From an uncultured Gammaproteobacteria bacterium (GTDB taxonomy: Bacteria > Patescibacteriota > Microgenomatia > Levybacterales > UBA12049), in contig CAYOZJ010000005.1 of the NCBI GenBank assembly GCA_964408485.1, positions 13,203-77,202 on the forward strand: 64,000 bases of DNA, given 5' to 3'. Below, in pieces: positions 9,098 through 17,767 of this stretch. Position 1 is the stretch's first letter. The number at the start of each line of letters is the position of its first letter. Position numbers and translations under genes: made by a program. The notes beneath the pieces are model-generated. The model was not told the origin of the DNA. It saw only the letters and a list, made by a program, of their open reading frames with translations, and did no database searches.

Positions 9098-10033
9098 ATG
9101 GGAAAAGTTAAAACAATAGATCCAGAAAAACAAGAGCAATTAGCAAAAGAAAAAGCGGCAAAAGAAGCTGAAAGACTGGCACAAGTTGAGGCTGCACGTT
9201 CGGCTGCTTCTGTGAGAGCAAAGGATAAGGTTGGAAAAGAATTAAGAAGCAAGAATCAAGAATCAAGCTCAGAAGAGAAAAAAGAAACAAGTGTCATTCT
9301 GGGGAACGAAGTGACTCCAGAATCTAACGTAGATGCTGGACAAGCCAGCATGACAGATCAAAAAGAACCCAAAAAAAGTAAAAAGGTCTCTAAATATGCT
9401 GCTAAAAAAGGCGCAAAAGGACGAGAAAGGTCTGAAAATTACAAAAAAGCACTTGCTCAAGTAGACAAATCAAAGCAGTATTCTATAAAAGAAGCGTTAG
9501 CACTCTTAGATAAAACTCATTTGGCAAAATTCGATGAAACAGTAGAGTTACACATAAATACAGCATCAGCTGGCCTTTCTGGACAAGTAACTCTCCCTCA
9601 TGGTACAGGTAAAAACGTTAGAGTTGCTATTCTTGCACCAAGTAAAGACGCAAAAGCAGCAGATGACCTTTTGAAAGAAATTGAATCAGGAAAAATTAAT
9701 TTTGATATTTTAGTGGCAACACCTGATGCAATGCCTAAGCTAGCGCGAGTTGCTAAAGTACTCGGACCTCGAGGACTTATGCCAAATCCAAAGAATGGTA
9801 CTGTTAGTCCAAATCCAGAAGCTGTTGCCAAGCAATATGAAGGTGGACAAATGCATTACAAAACAGAAGCAAAGACTCCTATCATGCATTTAGCAGTTGG
9901 TAAGCTTTCTTTTGGACCAGAAAAACTTGAACAAAATATTACTGCAATGTTAAAAGCAGTAAAAATGGAAAATATTAAAAAAGTTGTTGTTAAATCAACA
10001 ATGTCTCCAGCAGTCAGACTTCTTGTCAAATAA
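9098..10033 (+). CDS. rplA: 50S ribosomal protein L1 with a Lys/Glu-rich N-terminal extension of ~84 aa
   Basis: C-terminal 228 aa align with L1 (SKKVSKYAAKKGAKG...VATPDAMPKLARVAKVLGPRGLMPNP). ATG at 9350 is an alternative start. The extension contains a caagaat-type short repeat. Confidence 0.9.
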   Translation: MGKVKTIDPEKQEQLAKEKAAKEAERLAQVEAARSAASVRAKDKVGKELRSKNQESSSEEKKETSVILGNEVTPESNVDAGQASMTDQKEPKKSKKVSKYAAKKGAKGRERSENYKKALAQVDKSKQYSIKEALALLDKTHLAKFDETVELHINTASAGLSGQVTLPHGTGKNVRVAILAPSKDAKAADDLLKEIESGKINFDILVATPDAMPKLARVAKVLGPRGLMPNPKNGTVSPNPEAVAKQYEGGQMHYKTEAKTPIMHLAVGKLSFGPEKLEQNITAMLKAVKMENIKKVVVKSTMSPAVRLLVK

Positions 10034-10355
10034 CCTTTCTTTCGGTATTATTCTTTGCAATGACCGAACCCATTCCGTTTGATCCACGCCGAAAACCAAA
10101 AACATGTGGTCTTGACGTAGAACATGTTGGCCCAACAGAAAGAATTAGTGCCAATCAAGCAAAAACTAATGCTAGGTGTAGAAATTGCAAAATAGGAAAA
10201 ATTGGATTTGATCCTAATGCTGTTTACTCACGAGTTATGCCCGGCGTAATATATCCACAGTACGAACTGAATAGACGTGGAAGAGAAAGTATATACGAAA
10301 GACAGAGAATCTGTGAAGAAGATCAAAGACTCCAGAGATTTGAAGAATGATCTTC

Positions 10356-10384
10356 TTGACAAAACTATAAGTCTAAGGTATACT
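10356..10384 (+). promoter_or_regulatory. Sigma70-like promoter TTGACA-N17-TATACT
   Basis: TTGACA 10356-10361, 17-nt spacer, TATACT 10379-10384, 6 nt upstream of ATG at 10391. Confidence 0.5.
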
Positions 10385-10390
10385 CCACCC

Positions 10391-10615
10391 ATGCCTTTAA
10401 TACGCAGACAAAGAAGTTTAGATCTCAGATTTGGTATATTGCCAGGATCAGATGGTAAAGAACAATCAGCTGGTTCGTTTAGAATGAAGTTAGTCCCAAA
10501 TCCGGAAAATGAAGGCGTATTAAGAATACTAAGAGAATTTGTCAAAAATCCTTCTGATGAGATACCTAAAAATGGAGCACTCTTCCCTTCTACATCAAAA
10601 ATTGAAAACATATAG
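10391..10615 (+). CDS. Hypothetical small protein (74 aa), probably leaderless
   Basis: ATG 6 nt after a perfect -10 and in frame with listed ORF 10277-10615; lies in the ~1-kb rplA-rplJ spacer. Confidence 0.3.
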   Translation: MPLIRRQRSLDLRFGILPGSDGKEQSAGSFRMKLVPNPENEGVLRILREFVKNPSDEIPKNGALFPSTSKIENI

Positions 10616-10659
10616 TCTTATAGCACTCAATTCCCGAAACAATTAGATTAACTCATAGT

Positions 10660-10688
10660 TTGAACTGGCTCATCATTTAATGTAAAAT
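10660..10688 (+). promoter_or_regulatory. Sigma70-like promoter TTGAAC-N17-TAAAAT
   Basis: TTGAAC 10660-10665, 17-nt spacer, TAAAAT 10683-10688; ATG at 10698. Confidence 0.45.
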
Positions 10689-10697
10689 ATACATCTA

Positions 10698-10937
10698 ATG
10701 GCAACGTGTGATGTGGAGCAAACAGAGAGTTTTGGTAGTCAAGCAGGTGAAGTCGTACGAAAGTATACTTGTCCAAGATCAGACTGCTGCATGGACTTTA
10801 ATGTTAGACCAAAAACAACACGTAACGTCTACCCTATTAGCACCGAGGGACTAAATAAAGCTAGGAAAGAGAGGCTGACAGAAAAAGATGGCATTTCAAA
10901 AGAGTGTCAAAGAAGACAACAGGCACGATTAAATTAA
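10698..10937 (+). CDS. Hypothetical small Cys-containing protein (79 aa)
   Basis: ORF with its own promoter inside the rplA-rplJ spacer; 6 Cys, possibly metal-binding. Confidence 0.3.
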   Translation: MATCDVEQTESFGSQAGEVVRKYTCPRSDCCMDFNVRPKTTRNVYPISTEGLNKARKERLTEKDGISKECQRRQQARLN

Positions 10938-11074
10938 AACCTTGCAACTTTCTATTTTTTACTCTATAATACATATATCCAAAGACCGGAAGCGATCATT
11001 AAGTCTTCCAGAGGAGAATTAGTCAGGTACAATACTGCACCTGACATAGCAATAAAAAGAACAGATTGCTAGCA

Positions 11075-11098
11075 AACACTCCTCGAGAGTGTTTTTTT
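11075..11098 (+). terminator. Hairpin plus T-run directly upstream of rplJ (attenuator/terminator-like)
   Basis: Arms aacactc / gagtgtt with loop ctcga, then ttttt, ending 7 nt before the rplJ ATG. Confidence 0.4.
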
Positions 11099-11104
11099 AA
11101 ATCT

Positions 11105-11644
11105 ATGAACGACACAACAACAGTTTCAAAAAATAAAGAAGCAAAGATAGCAATTGTGGCTGAGGTAAAGGAAAAAGTAGACCGAGCTAAAGCTATGGTC
11201 TTTACTGACTACACAGGACTTACCCACAAACAGCTTGAAGACTTAAAAAAAGAACTTCGTAAAGCAGATGCTGAATACATGGTCGCAAAAAATACCTTAG
11301 TAAAATTAGCTTTGGGTGATAAAGTTGCAGATCAGGAAGATAAATTCCAAAATCCTACAGGCACAATGTTTTTATATGGCGATATCGTTGCTCCTCTTAA
11401 AGCTTTAGCCAAAATGGTCAAGGAAGTAGAAAAACCTTCAATTAAATTCGGTTTACTCGATGGCAAAGTCATGACAGACAAAGAAGTGCTTAAGCTCTCT
11501 ACCCTTCCATCCCGAGAAGTCTTACTCGCACAACTTGCAGGCATGCTTAAGTCACCAATCAGCAACTTACACCGAGCACTCAATTGGAATCTCCAAAAGT
11601 TAGTTTTAACACTTAGCGCAGTACAGAAGACAAAGAGTGTATAA
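11105..11644 (+). CDS. rplJ: 50S ribosomal protein L10
   Basis: KAMVFTDYTGLTHKQLEDLKKELRKADAEYMVAKNTL is typical of L10; ATG at 11105. Confidence 0.9.
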   Translation: MNDTTTVSKNKEAKIAIVAEVKEKVDRAKAMVFTDYTGLTHKQLEDLKKELRKADAEYMVAKNTLVKLALGDKVADQEDKFQNPTGTMFLYGDIVAPLKALAKMVKEVEKPSIKFGLLDGKVMTDKEVLKLSTLPSREVLLAQLAGMLKSPISNLHRALNWNLQKLVLTLSAVQKTKSV

Positions 11645-11745
11645 AGTAGCAAGTATTACGTATTAGGTATAAATAAAGAACTTATTTTTATACTTACTAC
11701 ATACTACTTAATACATAATACAAAGGTAAAGGGGGTGAATTTATA

Positions 11746-12135
11746 ATGGCAAAATTAACACAAGAAGAATTATTAAAAGCAGTCGAAGAAATGTCCGTTT
11801 TGGAGCTTTCTGAATTTGTAAAAGCACTTGAAGAAAAGTTTGGAGTATCAGCAGCAGCTATGGCAGTTGCAGCACCAGCCGGTGCAGCAGCAGGAGCCCC
11901 AGCAGAAGCAGCAGAAGAACAAACAGTCTTTAATGTTGTCTTAGCAAATGCAGGAGCAAATAAAATCGGCGTTATTAAAGCGATCCGAGAATTAGTCCCA
12001 ACATTGGGATTAACAGAAGCAAAAGCATTAGCAGATTCAGCTCCAAAGGAAGTTTTGACTGCAGTTAATAAGGAAACAGCAAATACAGCAAAAGAAAAAC
12101 TTACAGCAGCCGGCGCAACCGTCGAGCTGAAATAA
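11746..12135 (+). CDS. rplL: 50S ribosomal protein L7/L12
   Basis: [34 protein letters not shown], an Ala-rich hinge, and a C-terminal domain ending TVELK. Confidence 0.95.
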   Translation: MAKLTQEELLKAVEEMSVLELSEFVKALEEKFGVSAAAMAVAAPAGAAAGAPAEAAEEQTVFNVVLANAGANKIGVIKAIRELVPTLGLTEAKALADSAPKEVLTAVNKETANTAKEKLTAAGATVELK

Positions 12136-12174
12136 GTTTTTTTCCGAAAGGAAGCTTGTTTGCAAAAACAAGGA

Positions 12175-12213
12175 CCAGGTACAAGGAATTTCTTTGTACC
12201 TGGTTTTTTATTT
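12175..12213 (+). terminator. Rho-independent terminator after rplL
   Basis: Stem ccaggtacaa / tgtacctgg followed by ttttttatttc. Confidence 0.7.
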
Positions 12214-12242
12214 CTAAAACTCCTCTGTGCTAGAATAGCTTT

Positions 12243-13634
12243 ATGCCACAAAACTCAGAAGGTCCACAACAAAATCAGCCTCCCCAAAATCCAGAAAGCC
12301 AACCAAATACACAACCGCAAAGACCCCAAATAGAATCTCAATCCCCTACTCCGGAAAGGCAATCTCCCTTGCAAGGACTCTTATCCAGACGGGAATTTGC
12401 ATTAAAAGCAGCTGCAACAATAACTGTACTTGCTGGAGGACCAATGCTTACGGAATTTGTTCGCGCGCAGGGAGCTTTAGACAGTGAGAAAAAAGCCTAT
12501 GAAGACGGGAAAAAACCTCCTGAGGTTTTTCTTGCAGAAAATAAAGAGCTTTTAAGCAATATTTCTCTGGGCACAACTTTTATTCCTGAAGATTTCCGCG
12601 AAAATAAAGCCCTTGGCATAAAAGGATTACAGTGGTTACGAAATGATTTAGGAATGACGAATCTTCGCATTGCCATTCGCCAAGATACTGTCCCTGATAT
12701 CACAAATCCAGAGCCTAACTTATCTTATTACAAAGATTTCTTTGCAGAAATGAAACGTTTAGGTTTTAATCTCACTCTTTGTATTGGAGCCAAGACCCCT
12801 GTCTATCCTGAATCACATATTGATGCCAAAACAAAAAATGCAGATGAGGAACTAAAACAAGATAAAAAAGTTATTACTGTAGATCCAAGCTCAAAGGCAG
12901 GAATATTACTGCTCGATGAAACAAAACGTCTTGCAGCTGCTTTTGCTCATCAATTCCCTGACATGATGGGTCTTGTTGACACAATTCAACCAAGCAATGA
13001 ACCATTTGTTGTGGATGGCAAACCACAATTAGATATTTCGCCCTCATATTTACGCGAAGAGATTAGTGCACTTGCAGAAGTTTTTCCGGGCAAATCGATC
13101 TTACTCAATCACTTTGGCGTACCTGATTTACATCATCTAGGTGCGGGTACGCAGCTAACTCGTGCAACTAATTTTGCTGTAGAACTGCGAAAAGCAGGAT
13201 TACCTGTTACGCTTGCCTATGACTATTACCAACGTAATGATTTCAAAACCGAGACGGAGGGCATTGTTCCAGATAGCATTGCTATAACAGAAGCTGTTGC
13301 ACTGCGAGGTAATGAGGTATTTACATGGTCTGGGAATGTTTGTGAAACAAATGGTATTACACGAACAGCAGGAGAAGTTGCATGGGAGCATTGGGGAGAT
13401 CAATATCAACCCGAAGTAGATGTACATCAATTTCAAGGACAATTACTACGCGTAGCACGTACAGTTATTAATCCAAGCAAACCTTCGCGTCTTATGCTAT
13501 TTGGGAGTACATCACAGATACAAGACCGTTTTGTTGTAAATGATGATAAAACTATTTCCGAGAGACTCCTCCTCCCTTCTCAGGAAGCAATGTACCAACA
13601 AATAGCAGCAATTAATAATCTCCAGGCTTCATGA
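12243..13634 (+). CDS. Secreted protein with Tat-like signal (SRREFALKAAATITVLAGG); possible clan GH-A TIM-barrel glycoside hydrolase
   Basis: Pro/Gln-rich N-terminus, then the twin-arginine motif SRREF and a hydrophobic stretch; a NEP motif (IQPSNEPF) resembles the catalytic acid/base of GH5-like enzymes. The family call is tentative. Confidence 0.45.
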   Translation: MPQNSEGPQQNQPPQNPESQPNTQPQRPQIESQSPTPERQSPLQGLLSRREFALKAAATITVLAGGPMLTEFVRAQGALDSEKKAYEDGKKPPEVFLAENKELLSNISLGTTFIPEDFRENKALGIKGLQWLRNDLGMTNLRIAIRQDTVPDITNPEPNLSYYKDFFAEMKRLGFNLTLCIGAKTPVYPESHIDAKTKNADEELKQDKKVITVDPSSKAGILLLDETKRLAAAFAHQFPDMMGLVDTIQPSNEPFVVDGKPQLDISPSYLREEISALAEVFPGKSILLNHFGVPDLHHLGAGTQLTRATNFAVELRKAGLPVTLAYDYYQRNDFKTETEGIVPDSIAITEAVALRGNEVFTWSGNVCETNGITRTAGEVAWEHWGDQYQPEVDVHQFQGQLLRVARTVINPSKPSRLMLFGSTSQIQDRFVVNDDKTISERLLLPSQEAMYQQIAAINNLQAS

Positions 13635-13853
13635 AGAGGAAATTTACTCCAGGCCTTCACTAAAATTTTCTATTTTTGTGGATAAAATGTGTAATGCGCT
13701 AACTACAGGCTTCCTGTATAGAGTAGCCTTCTTAATTATTGTAATAATAACTATTTTTGGAAATAGCGGTACTAATCTTTTATTTTAAAAAAGCGAAATG
13801 CAGAATACGTTATCTTTTCATTTCCTGGATTGAATTCAATGTTATCAAAACTC

Positions 13854-14462
13854 CTATGCAGGTCTAACACGCGGATTTTTGGGCGTCACATCATATCCAT
13901 GATCCTCTGGACGCTGCTTTACATTAACAAGATGACCATAATGTTTGGGAATAGTGTGACTATACATATGAACCGAGCTATGTGTATCACCATCTGTGTC
14001 ATCTGTTAATTGTCCGCTTGAACTCCATCTGCTATAAAAAGGGGATAAGTGTGCAATTGCTCCTGCAACAGCACCAGGGTACACTCGATGCTCATCTTTA
14101 TGCTGATTATGCATACCAATTTTATCCTGCCTTACTCTGTCCTGATTACTGTAGGTGGAGCGTACTCTTACAACAGTTGTTCCATTAGGATAACGCGCCC
14201 ATCCACCTTCGGAAAATCCAAATCGCTCTCCTTCTTCATCTAAAAATGACATTTCTCTATTTTCAACTGTTCCCCCTCCGCCTTTTATGGCAACTTCGCC
14301 TCTTCCATCAGAACTTTTTGCTCGTATATGAATTTGTTGAACTTGCGAGGATTCATCGTTATTTGTCCACTGGTATGATTCAATTTCTTTTCCGTATGCT
14401 TCTTGTAAACGTTGTTCTTCTGCATTAGGTGATATTTCTGGTGAACCATTATTATTTATCAT
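13854..14462 (-). CDS. Hypothetical protein (202 aa)
   Basis: Intact ORF, Gly/His-rich, divergent from the HTH gene; no family recognised. Confidence 0.4.
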   Translation of the reverse strand: MINNNGSPEISPNAEEQRLQEAYGKEIESYQWTNNDESSQVQQIHIRAKSSDGRGEVAIKGGGGTVENREMSFLDEEGERFGFSEGGWARYPNGTTVVRVRSTYSNQDRVRQDKIGMHNQHKDEHRVYPGAVAGAIAHLSPFYSRWSSSGQLTDDTDGDTHSSVHMYSHTIPKHYGHLVNVKQRPEDHGYDVTPKNPRVRPA

Positions 14463-14597
14463 CGTACTGATAATAAAATCATTTTAAAAAATATGCAATG
14501 AGATTATCTTTTTTATTGAGAAAATAATTTTATTTTTTCATTTTCCTTATTGACACTTTTGTTACAGTTTGTTATTTTGTAAGTACATTAACACTAC

Positions 14598-14626
14598 ATT
14601 GATCCCGATACAATCGGGATTGATTA
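14598..14626. promoter_or_regulatory. Palindromic motif (F family) upstream of the HTH gene: TTGATCCCGATACAATCGGGATTGAT
   Basis: Inverted repeat atcccgat / atcgggat 23 nt before the ATG at 14649; related copies at 33031-33060 and 63109-63135. Confidence 0.5.
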
Positions 14627-14648
14627 ACAAACAATTAGTTGTGAGCCT

Positions 14649-14858
14649 ATGATTAATCAAACACTATCAATTCAAAACTTACCAGATCTTTTAACAGTAA
14701 AAGAAGTTGCACAAATTCTTCGCGTCTCTCCATTAACAATAAAACGTTGGGGTAAAAGAGGAAAATTACCAGCAATCAGAATTAATTCAAGGGGCGATAG
14801 ACGATATAAAAAAGAAGCAGTACTTTGGCTTCTAGGTATACAACAAAAAGTTGCATAG
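14649..14858 (+). CDS. Excisionase-family helix-turn-helix DNA-binding protein
   Basis: LTVKEVAQILRVSPLTIKRWGKRGKLPAIRI matches the excisionase/MerR-like HTH_17 pattern. Confidence 0.75.
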   Translation: MINQTLSIQNLPDLLTVKEVAQILRVSPLTIKRWGKRGKLPAIRINSRGDRRYKKEAVLWLLGIQQKVA

Positions 14859-14916
14859 CCTCTAAATTCCAAGATACAAGTTTTCCAAGAGACAAATAAA
14901 TTTCAATTACCAATAC

Positions 14917-15264
14917 TCAAATAGATTTGTTGATGATTGCAGATAGAATATTTTTGAGCTCAACGGATTCTCTAAGAAGTTTCTCAATCTCCATCTTATG
15001 CGTCTTGTTTGATTCAAATAGTAAATCTAACCAATAAATTGTTTCCTTAGCTTCTTTTCGAGAAATTTTGATTCTCATAACAAAATCCTTCTTCCCTAGT
15101 GCATCGTTTGCCTCGCGATAATTAGCACCAATTGATGTTCCGCTTCGCACGACTTGGTCGATGAGAGAATTGTTAATTGAGTTTTTTTGAAGTTTTGAAC
15201 AGAATTGTAATAAGTCTTTGGAAAAAGCGAGAGTTCTTTCTTCTAAATCAAATAGCTTTGCCAT
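14917..15264 (-). CDS. Four-helix-bundle protein (23S rRNA intervening-sequence protein family)
   Basis: VRSGTSIGANYREANDALGKKDFVMRIKISRKEAKETIYWLDL is the hallmark of this family. Confidence 0.8.
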   Translation of the reverse strand: MAKLFDLEERTLAFSKDLLQFCSKLQKNSINNSLIDQVVRSGTSIGANYREANDALGKKDFVMRIKISRKEAKETIYWLDLLFESNKTHKMEIEKLLRESVELKNILSAIINKSI

Positions 15265-15323
15265 TTATTGTATATTTTGGTTATTATTTGTATCTTGCTT
15301 CTTGGTTTTTGGAATTTGCGTAA

Positions 15324-16196
15324 CTACACCCCACGCCGATATTCAGCCATGTATTCTCTGTGAATTAATTCCTCATCTGGATTTTCAAAATGATTCTTAA
15401 TAAATCGTATTGTTTCCTTTGGATCCTGCGTATTAACCCATACACCAGTACCAACTTCAAATGCACCAAGTAACTTACTTCTTGGAATAAGTCGTATATA
15501 CCAATCTCGTCCAGGATAAATATAATAATTAAATGGAAATGCACTGCCATGCCGAATAGACATAATTTGGATAAGTCTACTCATAACAAATGCTAAATCA
15601 ATAATCTCTTCTTCATAAATATCACCAAACAATTGCTTTTTTCTTTTTGGCTGTATCCACACTTCATCCGGCCATTGCGTTGTGATTGGGCAAAAAAGAG
15701 TAAAAAGATTTGTTTCTTGTATTTCCCCATCTGGCTTAAGAGGAGAACGAATATCTAGCGTTACTTGTTTGGGAATAACAACAACTTGTGTATGCGCATG
15801 AGGCAAACTTTCTCCAGCTAATTCTCCTCTATTATGAAACATGTACACCTGCCCTTTTTTCTTATATTTATTGTATCTTTCTTTATAAACGGTAAATAAT
15901 TGCTCGACATGATGCTGAGGAAGCTCATCTATGTTTTTATGATGATCCGGAGAATGAACAATAATTTCATGAACTGGTGCAAAAGGAAATTTATTTTGCA
16001 GGACTCGAATCTGCCAATTACTGTCCCCTGGATTACCACCTACTCGTGCTAATTCTTTCTCATGACCTTCTGTCCCAATACAAAATGGACAATGCGGTAC
16101 TACTTGCTTACTAACATTCGGTCGTTTAGAACGCTTAGGGTCAAGAATCACCCATTTATTCCAAGACAAATCTTTAAGAAATTGAAAATCAGACAT
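15324..16196 (-). CDS. Galactose-1-phosphate uridylyltransferase-like HIT-family protein
   Basis: N-terminal zinc motif VPHCPFCIGTEGHE plus an HxHxQ-type active site (LPHAHTQVVV). Confidence 0.7.
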   Translation of the reverse strand: MSDFQFLKDLSWNKWVILDPKRSKRPNVSKQVVPHCPFCIGTEGHEKELARVGGNPGDSNWQIRVLQNKFPFAPVHEIIVHSPDHHKNIDELPQHHVEQLFTVYKERYNKYKKKGQVYMFHNRGELAGESLPHAHTQVVVIPKQVTLDIRSPLKPDGEIQETNLFTLFCPITTQWPDEVWIQPKRKKQLFGDIYEEEIIDLAFVMSRLIQIMSIRHGSAFPFNYYIYPGRDWYIRLIPRSKLLGAFEVGTGVWVNTQDPKETIRFIKNHFENPDEELIHREYMAEYRRGV

Positions 16197-16303
16197 AGGC
16201 AGTATACTAACAATATGATAAAAAATGACAAAAATAAACTATATCTAAAAGTATAGTAATATACTTTAACTATTCAGAAGAAAACAAAAATGAAGCAGAA
16301 TTA

Positions 16304-16573
16304 TTATTTAACTCTTCGCATTCCATGTCCATTACCATCAGTTGTATGTATAAATGTTCTTGAACCTCCTCTATGGAGAGTTATTGTAACTTCCTCCTCA
16401 GGACTTAATTCTCTTGTCGTTGCTCCACTTCCTGAAAGATTCAATGCATCGGTAACACTCTGAGCATACCCATCACCATGATTTATATCAAATGCTACTG
16501 GCTTTCCATCAGAACCAATAGCAACTCTATGAAAAGCTCTTGCAAGAGATAATCCTCTATGTAATTCACTCAT
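16304..16573 (-). CDS. Hypothetical protein (89 aa)
   Basis: ORF only. Confidence 0.3.
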   Translation of the reverse strand: MSELHRGLSLARAFHRVAIGSDGKPVAFDINHGDGYAQSVTDALNLSGSGATTRELSPEEEVTITLHRGGSRTFIHTTDGNGHGMRRVK

Positions 16574-16617
16574 CCGATGAATTTAGCATAAAAAGCTCTT
16601 TCTTACAATAACTGTTT

Positions 16618-17484
16618 TTAGTAAGCTTTATGGGAAGACAATTTTTGTTTGACGACTAAAAGAGTGAATTTAATCAGTGCGAACTGTCTTTTTAGCCTCC
16701 ACGGTTGAATAATAAGTCTAAACAACCACTCAAAACCTAAATCCCGAACTAATTTCGGTGCTCGAGGCACTTTCCCACTAATATAGTCAAACGCTCCCCC
16801 AACTCCAACCATTACTTTTACTGGAATTTTGCCCACATAACTTGCCATCCACCTCTCCTGCTTAGGCACACCTAAGGCTACAAACAGCACATCTATGTTC
16901 GGAATTAAGAATTTAGAATTAAGAATCAAGGGTTTTTTGTTTTGATCTTCATTCCTTGCTTCTTGCTTCTTGCTTCTTGCTTCTTCCGAGATTGCAACAG
17001 AACTCTCCTCAGGCCAATGATCATCTGCAAAAACAATCTTCAAATTCGGGTAACGTCTCCGCAAGCACTCAGCAGTCATTTCTGCTACATTGGGTCCTGC
17101 ACCAAGAAACCCTATCGTTATAGGCCAATCGTTAGCTCTTTCGCAGAGCTTTTCAACCAATTCTACACCAGTAAAACGCTCCCCTAGTCTTTTACCCATG
17201 ACTAATGCTCCCACACCCATCCCTACTCCATCGTTCAAGGCTATTTTGGCTTGATTAAGGATAGTCTTGAAGTCAGAATTTTTATGAGCGAGTGCTATCA
17301 TTTCTGGATTAGGGGTCACAATGTAGTACGGTTTTGTATTTTTCTTCAAAGAATTAGTAATATACTCCAGGATATTTTCTTTTGATGCATTTGTTATACC
17401 AACTCCTAAGATTTCTGTTTTCACCAAATCACTACTACTGCTATAAGCCTCCTGAGTTTTTTTATTAATTATTCTATTTGGCAT
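16618..17484 (-). CDS. WecB/TagA/CpsF-family glycosyltransferase
   Basis: ILGVGITNASKENILEYI...TPNPEMIALA...ALGVPKQERWM match the family. Contains a low-complexity insertion with a heptanucleotide repeat at 16955-16982. Confidence 0.85.
   Translation of the reverse strand: MPNRIINKKTQEAYSSSSDLVKTEILGVGITNASKENILEYITNSLKKNTKPYYIVTPNPEMIALAHKNSDFKTILNQAKIALNDGVGMGVGALVMGKRLGERFTGVELVEKLCERANDWPITIGFLGAGPNVAEMTAECLRRRYPNLKIVFADDHWPEESSVAISEEARSKKQEARNEDQNKKPLILNSKFLIPNIDVLFVALGVPKQERWMASYVGKIPVKVMVGVGGAFDYISGKVPRAPKLVRDLGFEWLFRLIIQPWRLKRQFALIKFTLLVVKQKLSSHKAY
16955..16982. repeat. Tandem heptanucleotide repeat (cttgctt) x4 inside the TagA-like CDS
   Basis: Direct reading; unit length is not a multiple of 3. 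Confidence 0.8.
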
Positions 17485-17767
17485 ACTTTGTATATATTTT
17501 ATGTTCGCGATAATTGATTTTAAAATTCGTCTTTTACCCTATATTTTTTAATTTATTACGCAATTATTACTTTTTATATTATAAGACTATAATGATATTG
17601 AAAAATGTGAAATACTACACATTAGTCTGAAGCTAGAATATTTACGATAAATCTTATGGGGTAATAATGACATAATTTATTTTATAGAACTATTAAATTC
17701 TTATATTGTTAAATTGTTACGATGTTTGTTTAGCAATTTAGTAATTTAGGAATATAACAATTGGGTT

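Noticed and set aside
10060-10350. ORF 10060-10350 (96 aa) and the long version of ORF 10277-10615
   Set aside because: They overlap each other in different frames. The strong promoter at 10356-10384 sits inside both, favouring the shorter 10391-10615 ORF; 10060-10350 is left uncalled.
16906-16990. Direct-repeat tracts (gaattaagaat..., cttgctt x4; gaatttt x4; agaaatt x4) considered as CRISPR arrays
   Set aside because: Units are 7 nt with no spacers and no cas genes, so these are simple-sequence repeats, not CRISPR.
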